Assembly: GCA_027371715.1 (NCBI GenBank)
Contig: DAHXMM010000020.1
Span: 1-32,000, forward strand
DNA from: Elusimicrobiota bacterium
Lineage (GTDB): Bacteria > Elusimicrobiota > Elusimicrobia > UBA1565 > UBA9628
Direction: 5' to 3'
DNA: 32,000 nt
Of this stretch, positions 31,565 to 32,000 are shown piece by piece; the first letter of the stretch is position 1; each line of letters begins with the position of its first letter. The notes under the pieces are model-generated. The model searched no databases. It was not told the DNA's origin and saw nothing but the letters and a program-made list of their open reading frames with translations. The position numbers and the translations under genes were made by a program.

Positions 31565-32000
31565 TTATTTTTTCGCTTTGGGCGCGATAATCGCCTCGAC
31601 ATCCAGCTTAATTTTGATTCTATTTCCAACTAAAAGACCGCCGCTTTCCAAGACCTTGTTATACATCAGGCCGAAGTCCTTGCGGTTAATGCTAGTTGTC
31701 GCGACCGCTCCCAAACGCTGATTTCCCCACGGATCCTTGACGACTCCGCCAATTTTCATTTTCAAGACGACGGGTTTGGTGACGCCGTGAATCGTCAGGT
31801 TTCCCAACAAGTCGGCGGTCTTCCCTTTAACGCCCTCGACTTTGACGCTTTTAAAGACAATCTCGGGATATTTCTTGACGTCCAAGAAATTAGACGAGCG
31901 CACGTCATTATCGCGCATTTGAATGCGGGTGTCGATGGAAGCCGCGTCGATATGCGCCTCCGTTTTCCACAGCTTCGGTTTTCCCGGAACGTAATCGACG
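31565..32000 (-). CDS. YceI-like polyisoprenoid-binding protein, 5' end outside the window
   Basis: The frame stays open upstream of the ORF-track Met to the window edge (VDYVPGKPKLWKTEAHIDAASIDTRIQMRDNDVRSSNFLDVKKYPEIVFKS). HGVTKPVVL and INRKDFG motifs fit the YceI family. Confidence 0.85.
   Translation of the reverse strand, partial: VDYVPGKPKLWKTEAHIDAASIDTRIQMRDNDVRSSNFLDVKKYPEIVFKSVKVEGVKGKTADLLGNLTIHGVTKPVVLKMKIGGVVKDPWGNQRLGAVATTSINRKDFGLMYNKVLESGGLLVGNRIKIKLDVEAIIAPKAKK

Overview
Gene-dense bacterial chromosomal window with 25 protein genes and 1 tRNA, and no rRNA or CRISPR. It probably comes from an uncultured lineage; I cannot assign taxonomy from the sequence alone. Left to right: the 3' 4.5 kb of a giant repeat-rich surface protein with a FlgD-Ig/T9SS-like C-terminal domain; a REP-associated tyrosine transposase (RAYT, IS200-like Y1) bracketed by palindromic repeats; and a PorV/UPF0164-like outer-membrane barrel fused to TPRs. 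Next is a plus-strand operon that I consider the most interesting content. Its first ORF fuses a histidine-kinase core to FliF-like (periplasmic ring) and FliG-like (rotor) domains. It is followed by a Pro-rich coiled-coil protein, MotA, MotB, a secreted HEAT-repeat protein, a CHASE2 adenylate cyclase and a DUF3307-like membrane protein. No other flagellar genes are in the window. Further right: thiolase, histidine ammonia-lyase, a TM-helix membrane protein, tRNA-Val(CAC), and a homogentisate-pathway cluster (FAH-family hydrolase, HGD, flavin reductase, short HPPD-like VOC protein). The right end holds a tightly packed minus-strand operon (speA, hemW, PIN-PhoH, CheY-like receiver, valS, Lys-rich secreted protein) preceded by CDGSH and YceI genes. 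A dispersed palindrome GGGAC(A/T)GTCCC runs through the whole window, with 11 perfect and 5 degenerate copies that reach 21-27 nt with flanks. Copies cluster around the RAYT and usually sit just after stop codons. Unusually, three copies are embedded in frame in unrelated genes, including valS.
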